DNA of 57,932 nt from Firmicutes bacterium UBA2598 (GTDB lineage Bacteria; Bacillota; PH28-bin88), in assembly GCA_002339345.1 (NCBI GenBank), contig DDKM01000049.1, positions 1 to 57,932 on the forward strand, read 5' to 3'. Each line of letters starts with the position of its first letter. Positions within the stretch are counted from its first letter, which is position 1. Of this stretch, positions 1 through 9,054 are shown piece by piece. The translations under genes were made by a program, and so were the position numbers. The notes under the pieces were generated by a model. It was not told where the DNA came from and did no database searches. It worked only from the letters and a program-made list of their open reading frames with translations.

Positions 1-17
1 GCGAAGGGAGGGGTAGT

Positions 18-1952
18 TCACCCGTTAATACTTTTGTCCCTACTACTACCACCGCCGAACAGCCCGCTAATACTTAGGGCCAACTTGACCGGCCAGGAAT
101 TCATTTTGCGCCGTAAGAGCCTTCTTTCCTCCTGCAGTTTTGCCACGGTGCGTTGTAGGTCATCATTGGCCAGCAGGGTGTTATGCAGCCTGTTTTCCAC
201 TTCCTTAATGCGCTGTACCAGCCTAACCTGCTCCGCCTGTGCCTCCTCCATCACCCGGTTCAGGTTGGACTGTAACTGCATGTTGCGAGCTTCCAGCTGT
301 TCTATACGCACCTTGTAGCTGTCTCGCTCAGCCCTCAAGGCTAAAATCTGCTGTCTGACAGGTTCCAGTTCCTGCTGTAGCTGTTCCTTACGGCGGTATA
401 CCTTCTCCAACTCAGCACGGGTACGGGCTTGTTCGTGCTGCAATTCCTCCACCTGCTCCCTTAGCCGGCGGACCCTTTCCTGCAACTGGCTTTCCTGGTC
501 GCGGTGGTGGTTTTGCAGATAGATCAGCTCACCATACAGCGACTCCTTTTCCGCCACAAGGGTCTGGGACTCGGCGGCCGCACAAGCTACTTCCTGCCGG
601 AGAGTCTCCATCTCCTGTTTAGCCATCTGCAACTCCCTGGCTAGCCGCTCATAGGCCTCCTGGATGGCCTGGTTAAAACGCCATACCCCTTCTGCCGTGA
701 GCTCATAAAAGGGCTGCTGTTCCAAAACGGCCAGCACCTCTTGTTCCGCATCCGGCCTGATGGCCCGGACAGCTGCCAACAACTCGGATTCCGGCAGGCC
801 ACTGCTGAACAGCCGCATTACCTCCAACACAAGCTGTTCCAGCGAAAGGGCCTCTTGTCGGTCCCGGCTCCTCAGCTTTTCCAACTGCTGGACACGCCGG
901 CCCTCTGCATACACTTCCGCCTCTCGTTCACCAGTACCAGTAAGACTGAACACCCGCTCCTCGCCAGCTACTCTGGCCACCCGAATTTTACTCCCCGGTG
1001 CCAGCCCCTGACACTCAAACCACTTACCCAGCCCCAAAATACGGCCGGAATTTCTGAGATACCAGCACTCCTGAGAACCGGACTCTGACTGAAAGGTGAT
1101 CCAGGCTACCGGTGGCAGTCCGGCAAACAACCTCTCCATCCTTTTTGTGACGCGTAGGCATCCTTGTCTCAGATCGCTGGATGATAGAATATAGTCCCTG
1201 GCGTTGGGATCGGTGTCATTCAGGATTAACATCAGTTCCGCCTCTCCCAGCACATTGGCTTCAGCCCGCCAAAAAGGCAGTAACCCGTTATCCAACCAGA
1301 CGTCGACCTCCGGGGTGGGAAGAAGGTCCCGCACAAACCAGTACTGGCCGCCAACCCAAAGGAAACGCCGATCCTTTTGTAGCGCCGCCAGCAAATCAGT
1401 CCCTTCTGCACCGCATCCAAACAATTCCCTGGCTATTTGGTTGGTGGTCATCGGCATCCGGATATTGGCCATCAGGTTGATCAGCTTGTCCAAATCGGCG
1501 GCATTGGTAACGCGCCCTACCTCCCAATGATTCAACACCCACCGTCCATCCCGCAGTCTAAGAAAGCGGCCATCCATCACCAAGTCCCTTTCCACCAGCA
1601 AGGTCGGGTCAATACCACGGTCCTTGGCCATTCCCCGCAGATCATTGATGTTCAGCGGCTTGGCGGTTTTTTGCAGCCACTGGTAAAGTTGGTCATTACC
1701 CCGATGCCCCCTGGTATCCAGAAACCAGCCTTTGGTGGACTCCTCTTCAAAGGCCGGATTTTTCACAAGGCATCGCTCAATATGTTTTTCCAGCTTGGCC
1801 GAGGCGGTATCACCAGCCAGCCTCTGCTGGACACTTTCCACCAGGTCGGAAATCGTCTGGCCTGGCTGGATATAAAGGTAGTGTTTCAACAAATCAGTAA
1901 GAGAATCATACTGACCCGTAACCCTGACCTTCACCGGTTTATTTTTTTTCAA
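18..1952 (-). CDS. Multi winged-helix (RpoE-N/HARE-HTH-like) protein with putative B3-like barrel and C-terminal coiled coil, unknown function
   Basis: 644-aa ORF; four segments ending in xxRF-x5/6-W-like wing motifs (e.g. DLVMDGRFLRLRDGRWVLNHW); Q/E/L-rich heptads over the last ~200 aa. Confidence 0.65.
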   Translation of the reverse strand: MKKNKPVKVRVTGQYDSLTDLLKHYLYIQPGQTISDLVESVQQRLAGDTASAKLEKHIERCLVKNPAFEEESTKGWFLDTRGHRGNDQLYQWLQKTAKPLNINDLRGMAKDRGIDPTLLVERDLVMDGRFLRLRDGRWVLNHWEVGRVTNAADLDKLINLMANIRMPMTTNQIARELFGCGAEGTDLLAALQKDRRFLWVGGQYWFVRDLLPTPEVDVWLDNGLLPFWRAEANVLGEAELMLILNDTDPNARDYILSSSDLRQGCLRVTKRMERLFAGLPPVAWITFQSESGSQECWYLRNSGRILGLGKWFECQGLAPGSKIRVARVAGEERVFSLTGTGEREAEVYAEGRRVQQLEKLRSRDRQEALSLEQLVLEVMRLFSSGLPESELLAAVRAIRPDAEQEVLAVLEQQPFYELTAEGVWRFNQAIQEAYERLARELQMAKQEMETLRQEVACAAAESQTLVAEKESLYGELIYLQNHHRDQESQLQERVRRLREQVEELQHEQARTRAELEKVYRRKEQLQQELEPVRQQILALRAERDSYKVRIEQLEARNMQLQSNLNRVMEEAQAEQVRLVQRIKEVENRLHNTLLANDDLQRTVAKLQEERRLLRRKMNSWPVKLALSISGLFGGGSSRDKSING

Positions 1953-2201
1953 TGTCTTTCACCCCATCCGCCATACTTTTACCATTTTGGCATTTTTTGT
2001 TAGACAGGGCAGGGATAATTTCCTTCGGGAATGGTGTAAGGTTTTGCCGATGACCCCGGAAAGATTACGACACGGCCGGTAGGAAAAAGGAAAACCCCCC
2101 GGGCCGGGAGGGTGTCCTGCAAAGGGATTGAAAGCATCTTTGGGTGATGTCAAAGGTTTTTCGCCGTGCCAAGGCAACGGGAGTCAGCCATTAATCTCAT
2201 T

Positions 2202-3047
2202 TCACTTGCGCAGGATAATGATGTGTTGGTGGGTAATATTGGGTACGAAACAGGATTTAACGGCATAGGGTTTCAACGGCCGGACAGTCGCTCTGTTGCT
2301 CCACACCTTGATGCCCTTCAATTTAAAGCCTACCCGGCGCATTTCCACGGCAACCATAAACCCGAGGGGGATGTACTCGCCGTGGCGATAGCGGTCACCT
2401 ACCATCAGCACCAGGTAGCGGCCACCTTTCAAAACCCGGTAGGCTTGCTGGCCAAAACGATGCATCAAGGTCATAAAGGTTTCGAAATCCGGCGCATTGG
2501 CAAAATCCTGCCCCTCCCCGCCGTTGAACATGTTGAAATTGGTCTCCTCCGCAAATCCACTGACTCCATGCTGGCAGCCATAGGGGGGATCGGTGATGAT
2601 GGCGTCGATGCTATCGGCGGAAAGGGTGGTCATCAATTCCAGACAATCCCCCGCCAGCATTTCCCCCGTGATGGGCAAGCCCTCCCCGGGATTCTCCGGT
2701 GCAACCCGTACGAACCGCTCACCCACAACGCGGAACTCCCGTTTAATTTGGCGGTAGATGTCCAGCCAGCGGGGATTTAATTCATAACCCAAAGCTTGTC
2801 TGCCAGCCAGAGCGGCACCCAACAAGGTACCACCCACCCCAGCGAAGGGATCCAGCACCAGTTCGCCGCTTTTGGTGAAAAACCGGATAATGTCAGCCAT
2901 TACTTCCGGGGGCTTCATGGCCCCGTGTTCTTTGCGCAGGCTGTGGGTGACATCCGGCGGGTAGTTGGTGAGGTATATAGTATCGGTCCAGTATAACCAC
3001 TGGGACCCAGTCAAATCATTAAGGCGGTTGGTTAACTTGCGGGCCAA
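2202..3047 (-). CDS. Site-specific DNA amino-methyltransferase (N6-A/N4-C), motif I before motif IV
   Basis: MKPPEV...VLDPFAGVGGT (SAM-binding motif I) and DAIITDPPY (catalytic motif IV). Confidence 0.8.
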   Translation of the reverse strand: MARKLTNRLNDLTGSQWLYWTDTIYLTNYPPDVTHSLRKEHGAMKPPEVMADIIRFFTKSGELVLDPFAGVGGTLLGAALAGRQALGYELNPRWLDIYRQIKREFRVVGERFVRVAPENPGEGLPITGEMLAGDCLELMTTLSADSIDAIITDPPYGCQHGVSGFAEETNFNMFNGGEGQDFANAPDFETFMTLMHRFGQQAYRVLKGGRYLVLMVGDRYRHGEYIPLGFMVAVEMRRVGFKLKGIKVWSNRATVRPLKPYAVKSCFVPNITHQHIIILRK

Positions 3048-3073
3048 GCTATCCCCCTCCTTTCCGGGAAGCT

Positions 3074-3604
3074 CTAGGCCAGGCTCTCCTGCTGGTCACG
3101 GTAGCGATGGGCAATGCGGGCAGCGGCAGCTGCAGCGATGGCTGCCACCAGGTCATCCAGGAATGTGTTAACCTGGCTCCCTTTATGGCCATTTACTTCC
3201 CCGATGATCCCCATCTTCACCTTATCCAGGTAACCGAAATTGGTGAGGCCGATGGAGCCATAAATATTAACAATACTCAACGCGAGAATCTCATCGATGC
3301 CATACAGCCCGTCATCCCGCTTCAGGATATCCAGCAATGGCTGAGGTACCACACCTTGCTCCGCCAGTTCATCCAAGGCCAGACCGGTGAAAACGGCATT
3401 GTGCACTTCCCTTTTATCCAACACCCGGTCTACACTCTCCATGCAATCCTCTAACTGTAAACCAGGCACATATTGCTGCTGGATTTCCAGTACCAGGGTG
3501 GCGATGTCCGCCATAGTAACACCCCTGCTTTGCAGCCACTCAATAGTAAGATATTTCATCTTCTGGTTGCTATTGATATCCTGGGGCAACTTTGGGAGAG
3601 CCAA
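3074..3604 (-). CDS. Phosphatidylglycerophosphatase A family protein (YutG/PgpA-like)
   Basis: KREV..A..G..LD, YGIDE.LA, YGSIG.TNFGY.DK, FLDD motifs; TTG start 6 nt after AGGAGGTG. Confidence 0.85.
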   Translation of the reverse strand: MALPKLPQDINSNQKMKYLTIEWLQSRGVTMADIATLVLEIQQQYVPGLQLEDCMESVDRVLDKREVHNAVFTGLALDELAEQGVVPQPLLDILKRDDGLYGIDEILALSIVNIYGSIGLTNFGYLDKVKMGIIGEVNGHKGSQVNTFLDDLVAAIAAAAAARIAHRYRDQQESLA

Positions 3605-3668
3605 AATAAACACCTCCTGTCAACATCAAAAAGGGGACGTTGTATAATATTCGCCCCCCGGTCACAGG

Positions 3669-4568
3669 TCACCTGCCCCCTGTTACATTATTTTCTGACA
3701 ACCCGGCGATGATGTCCACCAGGTCTTCGGCAGAGAAATGATAATATTCACCACAAAAATGGCACTTTATCTCTGCGCCCCTTTCCTGCACACGCATTTC
3801 CTCCAGCTCGTCCTTACCTAGGGCAGCCAGGAGGCCGGCCAAACGAGACCGGTTACACCGGCATGCAAAGGTGATGGGATGGCAACCATAGATGACTGGT
3901 TCCAATCCATCCAGCAATCGGTGAACCATCTCCTCTGGCACCAAGCCCCTTTCAATATCGCGGCTGACTGGACCCATTCGACTGATATTGGTTTCCAATT
4001 GTTCTGCAATATCCTCCCCATGGCCAGGCATCAACTGAACCAGCCATCCGCCGGCGGCCAGCACCAAGTGGTCCCGATCAACCAGCACTCCCAGGGCCAT
4101 GGCAGATGGGATCTGTTCGGATACTAGGTAATAGTTAGTAATATCCTCCGCTATTTCCCCGGTAATGAGGGGCACACTGCCCACGTACGGCTCCCTTAAA
4201 CCCAGGTCACGGGCCACTACAAGGGTCCCCCCCCCTACAGCTCGTGCGACATCAAGTTTGCCATCAACCCTGGGTGGGAGATCCACCATAGGCTCTTGAA
4301 CATACCCCCGTACCAGTCCACCAGGGTCAGCTACCGCCACCACAGCTCCCAAGGGACCATTCCCCAGCAAACGCAGGGTAAGGGTATCCTCCCGTTGGAG
4401 GTCCACACCCATGATAGCCGCCGCCGTAAGTAACCGGCCAAGGGCTGCGGTGGCCACAGGTGTTGTCCGGTGGCGGCGGCGTGCTTCCTCCACCACCCCG
4501 GTGGAAGCAACGGCGACTACCCGGATTTGGCCGCCGCCGCCAGTGCCCCGTACCATATAATCCTTCAC
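3669..4568 (-). CDS. hslO: Hsp33 redox-regulated chaperone
   Basis: ALGRLLT, RGYVQEP, C-terminal CxC...CxxC (FACRC...KCHFC). Confidence 0.95.
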   Translation of the reverse strand: MKDYMVRGTGGGGQIRVVAVASTGVVEEARRRHRTTPVATAALGRLLTAAAIMGVDLQREDTLTLRLLGNGPLGAVVAVADPGGLVRGYVQEPMVDLPPRVDGKLDVARAVGGGTLVVARDLGLREPYVGSVPLITGEIAEDITNYYLVSEQIPSAMALGVLVDRDHLVLAAGGWLVQLMPGHGEDIAEQLETNISRMGPVSRDIERGLVPEEMVHRLLDGLEPVIYGCHPITFACRCNRSRLAGLLAALGKDELEEMRVQERGAEIKCHFCGEYYHFSAEDLVDIIAGLSENNVTGGR

Positions 4569-4646
4569 CAGGCTATCCCCCTAACTGGACATTTCTCGCC
4601 TCCAGGGCTAAAATAGATATTGTTTGGGTACCCAAGGAGGGATTGG

Positions 4647-5000
4647 ATGACCTTCGCTCAGTTTATGTTATCCCAAATGTTGCTGATGATCTCCTTCTGG
4701 TTCAGCTTGGCCATTGCAGGCCATATGCCGGGCACTGCAGGTTATCTGATACTAAACTTCCTTGCCTTTTTTCCCGCCACCTTTGTGCTTACCCACTGGT
4801 TTCACCGGGCCGGACACATCTATGCCCACCTGTTGTCTGTAACCTTAAGCTTTAACCTGGTAACCTACCTGTGGGCGTCAGCAGCAGCGGGTATCGCCAT
4901 CCCCGGATGGCAGGAATTGGCGGCGGATTTTGCCCTGGTCGCGGGTTATACCGTGGCGGCAACCTATTTGGGGCTACACTGGCCATCGCACCGGGGTTAG
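4647..5000 (+). CDS. Small integral membrane protein, unknown function
   Basis: Only plausible plus-strand gene; fills the gap between hslO and pduL; AAGGAGG before ATG 4647; about 4 hydrophobic segments. Confidence 0.65.
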   Translation: MTFAQFMLSQMLLMISFWFSLAIAGHMPGTAGYLILNFLAFFPATFVLTHWFHRAGHIYAHLLSVTLSFNLVTYLWASAAAGIAIPGWQELAADFALVAGYTVAATYLGLHWPSHRG

Positions 5001-5004
5001 CTGC

Positions 5005-5736
5005 TCATTTGACCACTAATTTCAAAATATCCTCCATGACGGCCACCCGCCTTTTTTCTTCCGCAATGATACTGGACAGGGACTGTTCCAGAATCCGCAA
5101 CTGCCGATCATCCAGCATGTTGATGAGCTGTTCCAAGCGCACCTTTTTGTCGTTGATATGCAAAAGCTCGGCCTCATCGCCGGTACGTAGATCCGCCGTG
5201 TTGGCCTCATCGGTATCGATATGGATCTCCGTGTGGGTATTGTCCGGACTTATCCGGACCACCACATAATCAAACACCAGGCTACGCCGCCCCTTGACTA
5301 CCACCATGGCAAAATCCTTGTGCTGGAAGCCGAGTTCCTGAGCGTCTCTTTCCGTCATATGGATATGGCGCATGGCCACTATGACGCCCTGTTTAAGGAG
5401 TAATTCACCAGCCGGCCCCACAAGGGTGGCACTGGCCGAACCTTCCAGATCACCGGACAGGCGGATAGGTGGATTGATGCCGATGGTGAAACCGTCGGTA
5501 CGCGATATTTCCACCTGTGTCTGGGGACGAGGAGGCCCGATCACCGCCACGTTACCAATTTCACCCTTCGGCCCCTTTATTTTTAGCCGCTCTTTGCTAA
5601 TGTACTGGGTGGCGATGGACAGGTACCGTTCCGGCTTTAACTGGTAGCCCTGGCCGAACAGAGTTGCCAGATCCCCTTCCGACAGGTGGATATGGCGTGC
5701 GGAAACCCCAACGGTAATCTTCATTTTCTTTTTCAC
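5005..5736 (-). CDS. pduL: PduL/EutD-type phosphate acyltransferase with C-terminal helical extension
   Basis: SARHIHLS, QTQVEISRTD, RHIHMT, HIDTDEAN motifs. Confidence 0.85.
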   Translation of the reverse strand: MKKKMKITVGVSARHIHLSEGDLATLFGQGYQLKPERYLSIATQYISKERLKIKGPKGEIGNVAVIGPPRPQTQVEISRTDGFTIGINPPIRLSGDLEGSASATLVGPAGELLLKQGVIVAMRHIHMTERDAQELGFQHKDFAMVVVKGRRSLVFDYVVVRISPDNTHTEIHIDTDEANTADLRTGDEAELLHINDKKVRLEQLINMLDDRQLRILEQSLSSIIAEEKRRVAVMEDILKLVVK

Positions 5737-5775
5737 CTCTGTCTAATTGGTTAAACCATAAAGAAAGCCCCAGGC

Positions 5776-6696
5776 CTAATTCTGGTGCTTTGAGCCCAAA
5801 CGCTTTAACAGGGAGGCAAAATCATCCGGTAGCGGGGCATAAAAGTCCATATACTCTCCACTCCGGGGATGGATGAACCCTAGGCTTTTGGCGTGCAGGG
5901 CCTGACCGACCAGCCCCCCTGAGTCTTTCCGGGACCCATATTTCGGGTCACCTACAACCGGGTGTCCAATGTAGGCCATATGTACGCGAATTTGATGGGT
6001 ACGACCTGTTTCCAGCCTTGCCTCCAGGAGGGTATAGCCCTCCAGCCATTCCAAGACGGTATAGTGGGTAATGGCTTCCCGCCCATTACGGCTGGTTACC
6101 GCCATCCTCTTACGATCCACCCTATGCCGCCCAATGGGCTGATTAATGGTACCCACCATCTGGCGCACATGCCCGTGCACCAACGCCTCGTACACCCGCC
6201 GGACAGTACGGTTCTTAATCTGGCCGGCCAAATGGCTGTGGGCGAAATCGTTTTTGGCAACCACCAGTAACCCCGTGGTGTCCTTGTCCAACCGGTGTAC
6301 AATCCCAGGCCGCAATGTGCCGTTGATACCGGAAAGATCGCCACAGTGATGAAGAAGGGCGTTTACCAAAGTCTGGTCCGGACTGCCAGGGGCGGGATGG
6401 ACCACCATCCCTCGCGGTTTATTGACAACCACCAGGTCTTGGTCTTCGTAGACAATATTCAGGTTTATTTCCTGAGGGATGGCAGTGGGGGTCACCGGTT
6501 CTGGGATGACTGTGACTACAGCTTGCCCCTGTTTCAGCCGGTAGTTGGCCTTTACCGGCTGACCATCTACATGAACCAGTCCCTCACCAATCAAGGCCTG
6601 CCATCTTGACCGTGAAAGGGCAGGATGACGGCTGACCAGGAAATGATCCACTCGGCAACCCTCTTCCGCTGGTGATACTTCGAAGGTGAGATTCAC
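5776..6696 (-). CDS. rluD: RluA/RluD family pseudouridine synthase
   Basis: N-terminal S4 domain, VNKPRG, HRLDKDTTG, TGRTHQIRVH. Confidence 0.93.
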   Translation of the reverse strand: MNLTFEVSPAEEGCRVDHFLVSRHPALSRSRWQALIGEGLVHVDGQPVKANYRLKQGQAVVTVIPEPVTPTAIPQEINLNIVYEDQDLVVVNKPRGMVVHPAPGSPDQTLVNALLHHCGDLSGINGTLRPGIVHRLDKDTTGLLVVAKNDFAHSHLAGQIKNRTVRRVYEALVHGHVRQMVGTINQPIGRHRVDRKRMAVTSRNGREAITHYTVLEWLEGYTLLEARLETGRTHQIRVHMAYIGHPVVGDPKYGSRKDSGGLVGQALHAKSLGFIHPRSGEYMDFYAPLPDDFASLLKRLGSKHQN

Positions 6697-6699
6697 CTT

Positions 6700-7161
6700 C
6701 TATCCCACCTCCGGATTGCGCTGCAACGGATCGGGAACGGTCAACAGCTCCCAGCACAAGATGGCCACACCAATGACGATGGCGCTGTCCGCCAAGTTAA
6801 ACACCGGCCAGATCCGGAAATCCAGGAAGTCCACTACATAACCGAAACGCAGGCGGTCCGCCAGGTTACCGAGAACCCCGCCCATCTGTAAGGCTAAACC
6901 AAACCGCAGTAACCACCGGTTCGCCGGAACACGAGGCAGGTAGAAAAAGATGGCCGTAACCACCACCACACTGATAAAAATAAAAAACCCCGTCCGGTAA
7001 GCAAGTATTCCGAAGGCCGCTCCCGGGTTACGGATGTAAGTAATATGAAAAATGTCCGCAATGATGGGCAGAGACTGGGTATGATACATTTTCTGCTGAA
7101 TAACCATTTTAGAGATCTGATCCAAGGCGAAAACAATGGCCCCGATTGCAAAAACACGCAT
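6700..7161 (-). CDS. lspA: Lipoprotein signal peptidase II
   Basis: DQISK, NPGAAFG, GNLADR, VVDF, FNLAD motifs. Confidence 0.95.
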   Translation of the reverse strand: MRVFAIGAIVFALDQISKMVIQQKMYHTQSLPIIADIFHITYIRNPGAAFGILAYRTGFFIFISVVVVTAIFFYLPRVPANRWLLRFGLALQMGGVLGNLADRLRFGYVVDFLDFRIWPVFNLADSAIVIGVAILCWELLTVPDPLQRNPEVG

Positions 7162-7244
7162 GCTGCCACACCCCCGTACTGCAAAAAGCCCATTTCATTC
7201 TAGCATAGATGGACCGGAGGAGGCAACTCAGCGGTCTGAAGTGT

Positions 7245-7994
7245 TCAGGCCCCAGCGCGGGGATCGACACCCGCCTGGTCAACCCCCTCATCCCCCACCA
7301 AACGCTCCCGTGGGGCATCTTCATCGTCCAGACCGCGCACATCGGCATAGAACATCCCATCGGCACCCTTATAATAAGGGATTTTGTCAATCCAATCGGC
7401 ATATCCCCTGTCCTCATCCAGGTCACTGCCACCGTAGTAACTACCTGCCATAGAACGCTCGCTGTGCTCCTGAGTACGGGCTACATCCTGCCAGGCATCC
7501 TCCCCATCATACATCTGTTCATCTTCACTATCAAACAAAAAACGGGGATCGTCGTCATGGGTGACCCCCCCAAAGGGAGGTACGATCACATCTTCTTCAA
7601 TGGGCCGTTTGTGACGATCAATGCTGGCCTCCACTTCTTGCTGGCAATGGATACAGAGGGTGGCGTAGGGGAGGGCATCAAGTCTTTCCTTGTCAATGGG
7701 CTGTCCGCACTCAGCACACCGGTCGTAGCGCCCCTGGGCAAGCCTATCAAGGGCTTCCTCCACCTGCCGCAGGGTGATGGCCGCCTGTTCCTGCAGGGCA
7801 AAATCCTTGCTCCGTTCGAAAACCTCTGATCCCAAATCTCCCGGATGGTTGTCATAACTGGACAACTCGGAGGTGGTTTCCTGCATGGGTAGATCTAATC
7901 CCGCCTCTCCCATCCTCTCAATACGCTGCAGCAGCCGCCTGCGGATGCCCTGCAGGCGCCGCCGGTAATGTTCTGCGCTGATCCCATTTTGCAT
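7245..7994 (-). CDS. yteA: YteA/YlyA-family TraR/DksA C4 zinc-finger sporulation protein
   Basis: ELSSYDNHPGD, CAECG...ERL..LPYATLCIHC, RPIEE, YDGEDAWQDV. Confidence 0.85.
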   Translation of the reverse strand: MQNGISAEHYRRRLQGIRRRLLQRIERMGEAGLDLPMQETTSELSSYDNHPGDLGSEVFERSKDFALQEQAAITLRQVEEALDRLAQGRYDRCAECGQPIDKERLDALPYATLCIHCQQEVEASIDRHKRPIEEDVIVPPFGGVTHDDDPRFLFDSEDEQMYDGEDAWQDVARTQEHSERSMAGSYYGGSDLDEDRGYADWIDKIPYYKGADGMFYADVRGLDDEDAPRERLVGDEGVDQAGVDPRAGA

Positions 7995-8302
7995 TACGAC
8001 ACCCCCATCTGGTATTGGACCATCTGGATCAAATCGGCGATAAAATTACTGATCAACGGTAGGTTGAGTAATACAATCCACCTGAGGATATAAATCAATA
8101 ATGCACCCAAGAGGGCAAAGCCAATGGCCATTCCCACACCCCTGGCCAGACCAGCCAGGAGGTTGGTGTAGATGACCCGGCCCGGACGATGCATCATTTC
8201 TACATATTCGGCTAAACCCATGCGCTCCATACTGACCAGCAATTCTTCCATCCTGCTGGTCAGCCACTGGACGCTTTGCTGGTCAACCCCTCGGGTATGC
8301 AA
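7994..8302 (-). CDS. DUF5665-like small membrane protein
   Basis: EYV..P.R...N...G.ARG.G.AIG pattern; two hydrophobic segments. Confidence 0.7.
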   Translation of the reverse strand: MHTRGVDQQSVQWLTSRMEELLVSMERMGLAEYVEMMHRPGRVIYTNLLAGLARGVGMAIGFALLGALLIYILRWIVLLNLPLISNFIADLIQMVQYQMGVS

Positions 8303-8321
8303 TGGTTATCCCTCCACAAGT

Positions 8322-8939
8322 TCACTGCAGGATATGCACCAGATCCCCCGTTTTGAGCAAAGCCGCATTGGCCTCATCGGTATCTACATGCATTTCCAGG
8401 ATATAGTTGTCCTTTACCCTGATCAACACATTTTCCATGATCTGGGCCCTTTGACCATCGGTACGTACCATCACCCGCATGCCATCCCTGATCCCCAAAC
8501 TGGCAGCCTGGCTGCTGTTCATGTGAATATGCCGGGCGGCCAGGATGACACCACGAGGTAAAGCGATTACCCCCTTTGGTCCCACTACGGCAATGCCAGG
8601 AGTTTGGTCTAGATCTCCCGAATTGCGCACCGGTGGACGAAGGCCCACCCTGTAGGCATCGGTCATGGCGATTTCCACCTGGCTCTGGCGGCGGCAGGGT
8701 CCCAACACCCTTACACCTTCAATAACCCCACGCGGACCCACGATGGTGACCATTTCCTGCGCGGCAAATTCGCCCGGCTGGGTGAGGTCCTTCAGCCTGG
8801 AAAGCTGGTAACCCCGCCCATACAGCACCTCCAGGTCCTCCTGGGACAGGTGGACGTGGCGGTTGGATACGCCCACTGGCACATCCAGGAAATATTGTAT
8901 GGTCTCCCTGCCTGCTTGCGGGTCCAGTTGCATAGCCAT
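8322..8939 (-). CDS. pduL: PduL phosphate propanoyltransferase (second paralog)
   Basis: VSNRHVHLS, QPGEFAA, ARHIHM, MHVDTDEANA; start moved to ATG 8939 after GGAGA. Confidence 0.9.
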   Translation of the reverse strand: MAMQLDPQAGRETIQYFLDVPVGVSNRHVHLSQEDLEVLYGRGYQLSRLKDLTQPGEFAAQEMVTIVGPRGVIEGVRVLGPCRRQSQVEIAMTDAYRVGLRPPVRNSGDLDQTPGIAVVGPKGVIALPRGVILAARHIHMNSSQAASLGIRDGMRVMVRTDGQRAQIMENVLIRVKDNYILEMHVDTDEANAALLKTGDLVHILQ

Positions 8940-9054
8940 CACTTCTCCACCATTTGGGATCAAAAAACCGAAGGAACCCGTCCATAGTATGCACCAAAAA
9001 AGACGCCGGATGTACGTCCGGCGTCCCTGCAAAATTTTGGCACTAATGACTTGT

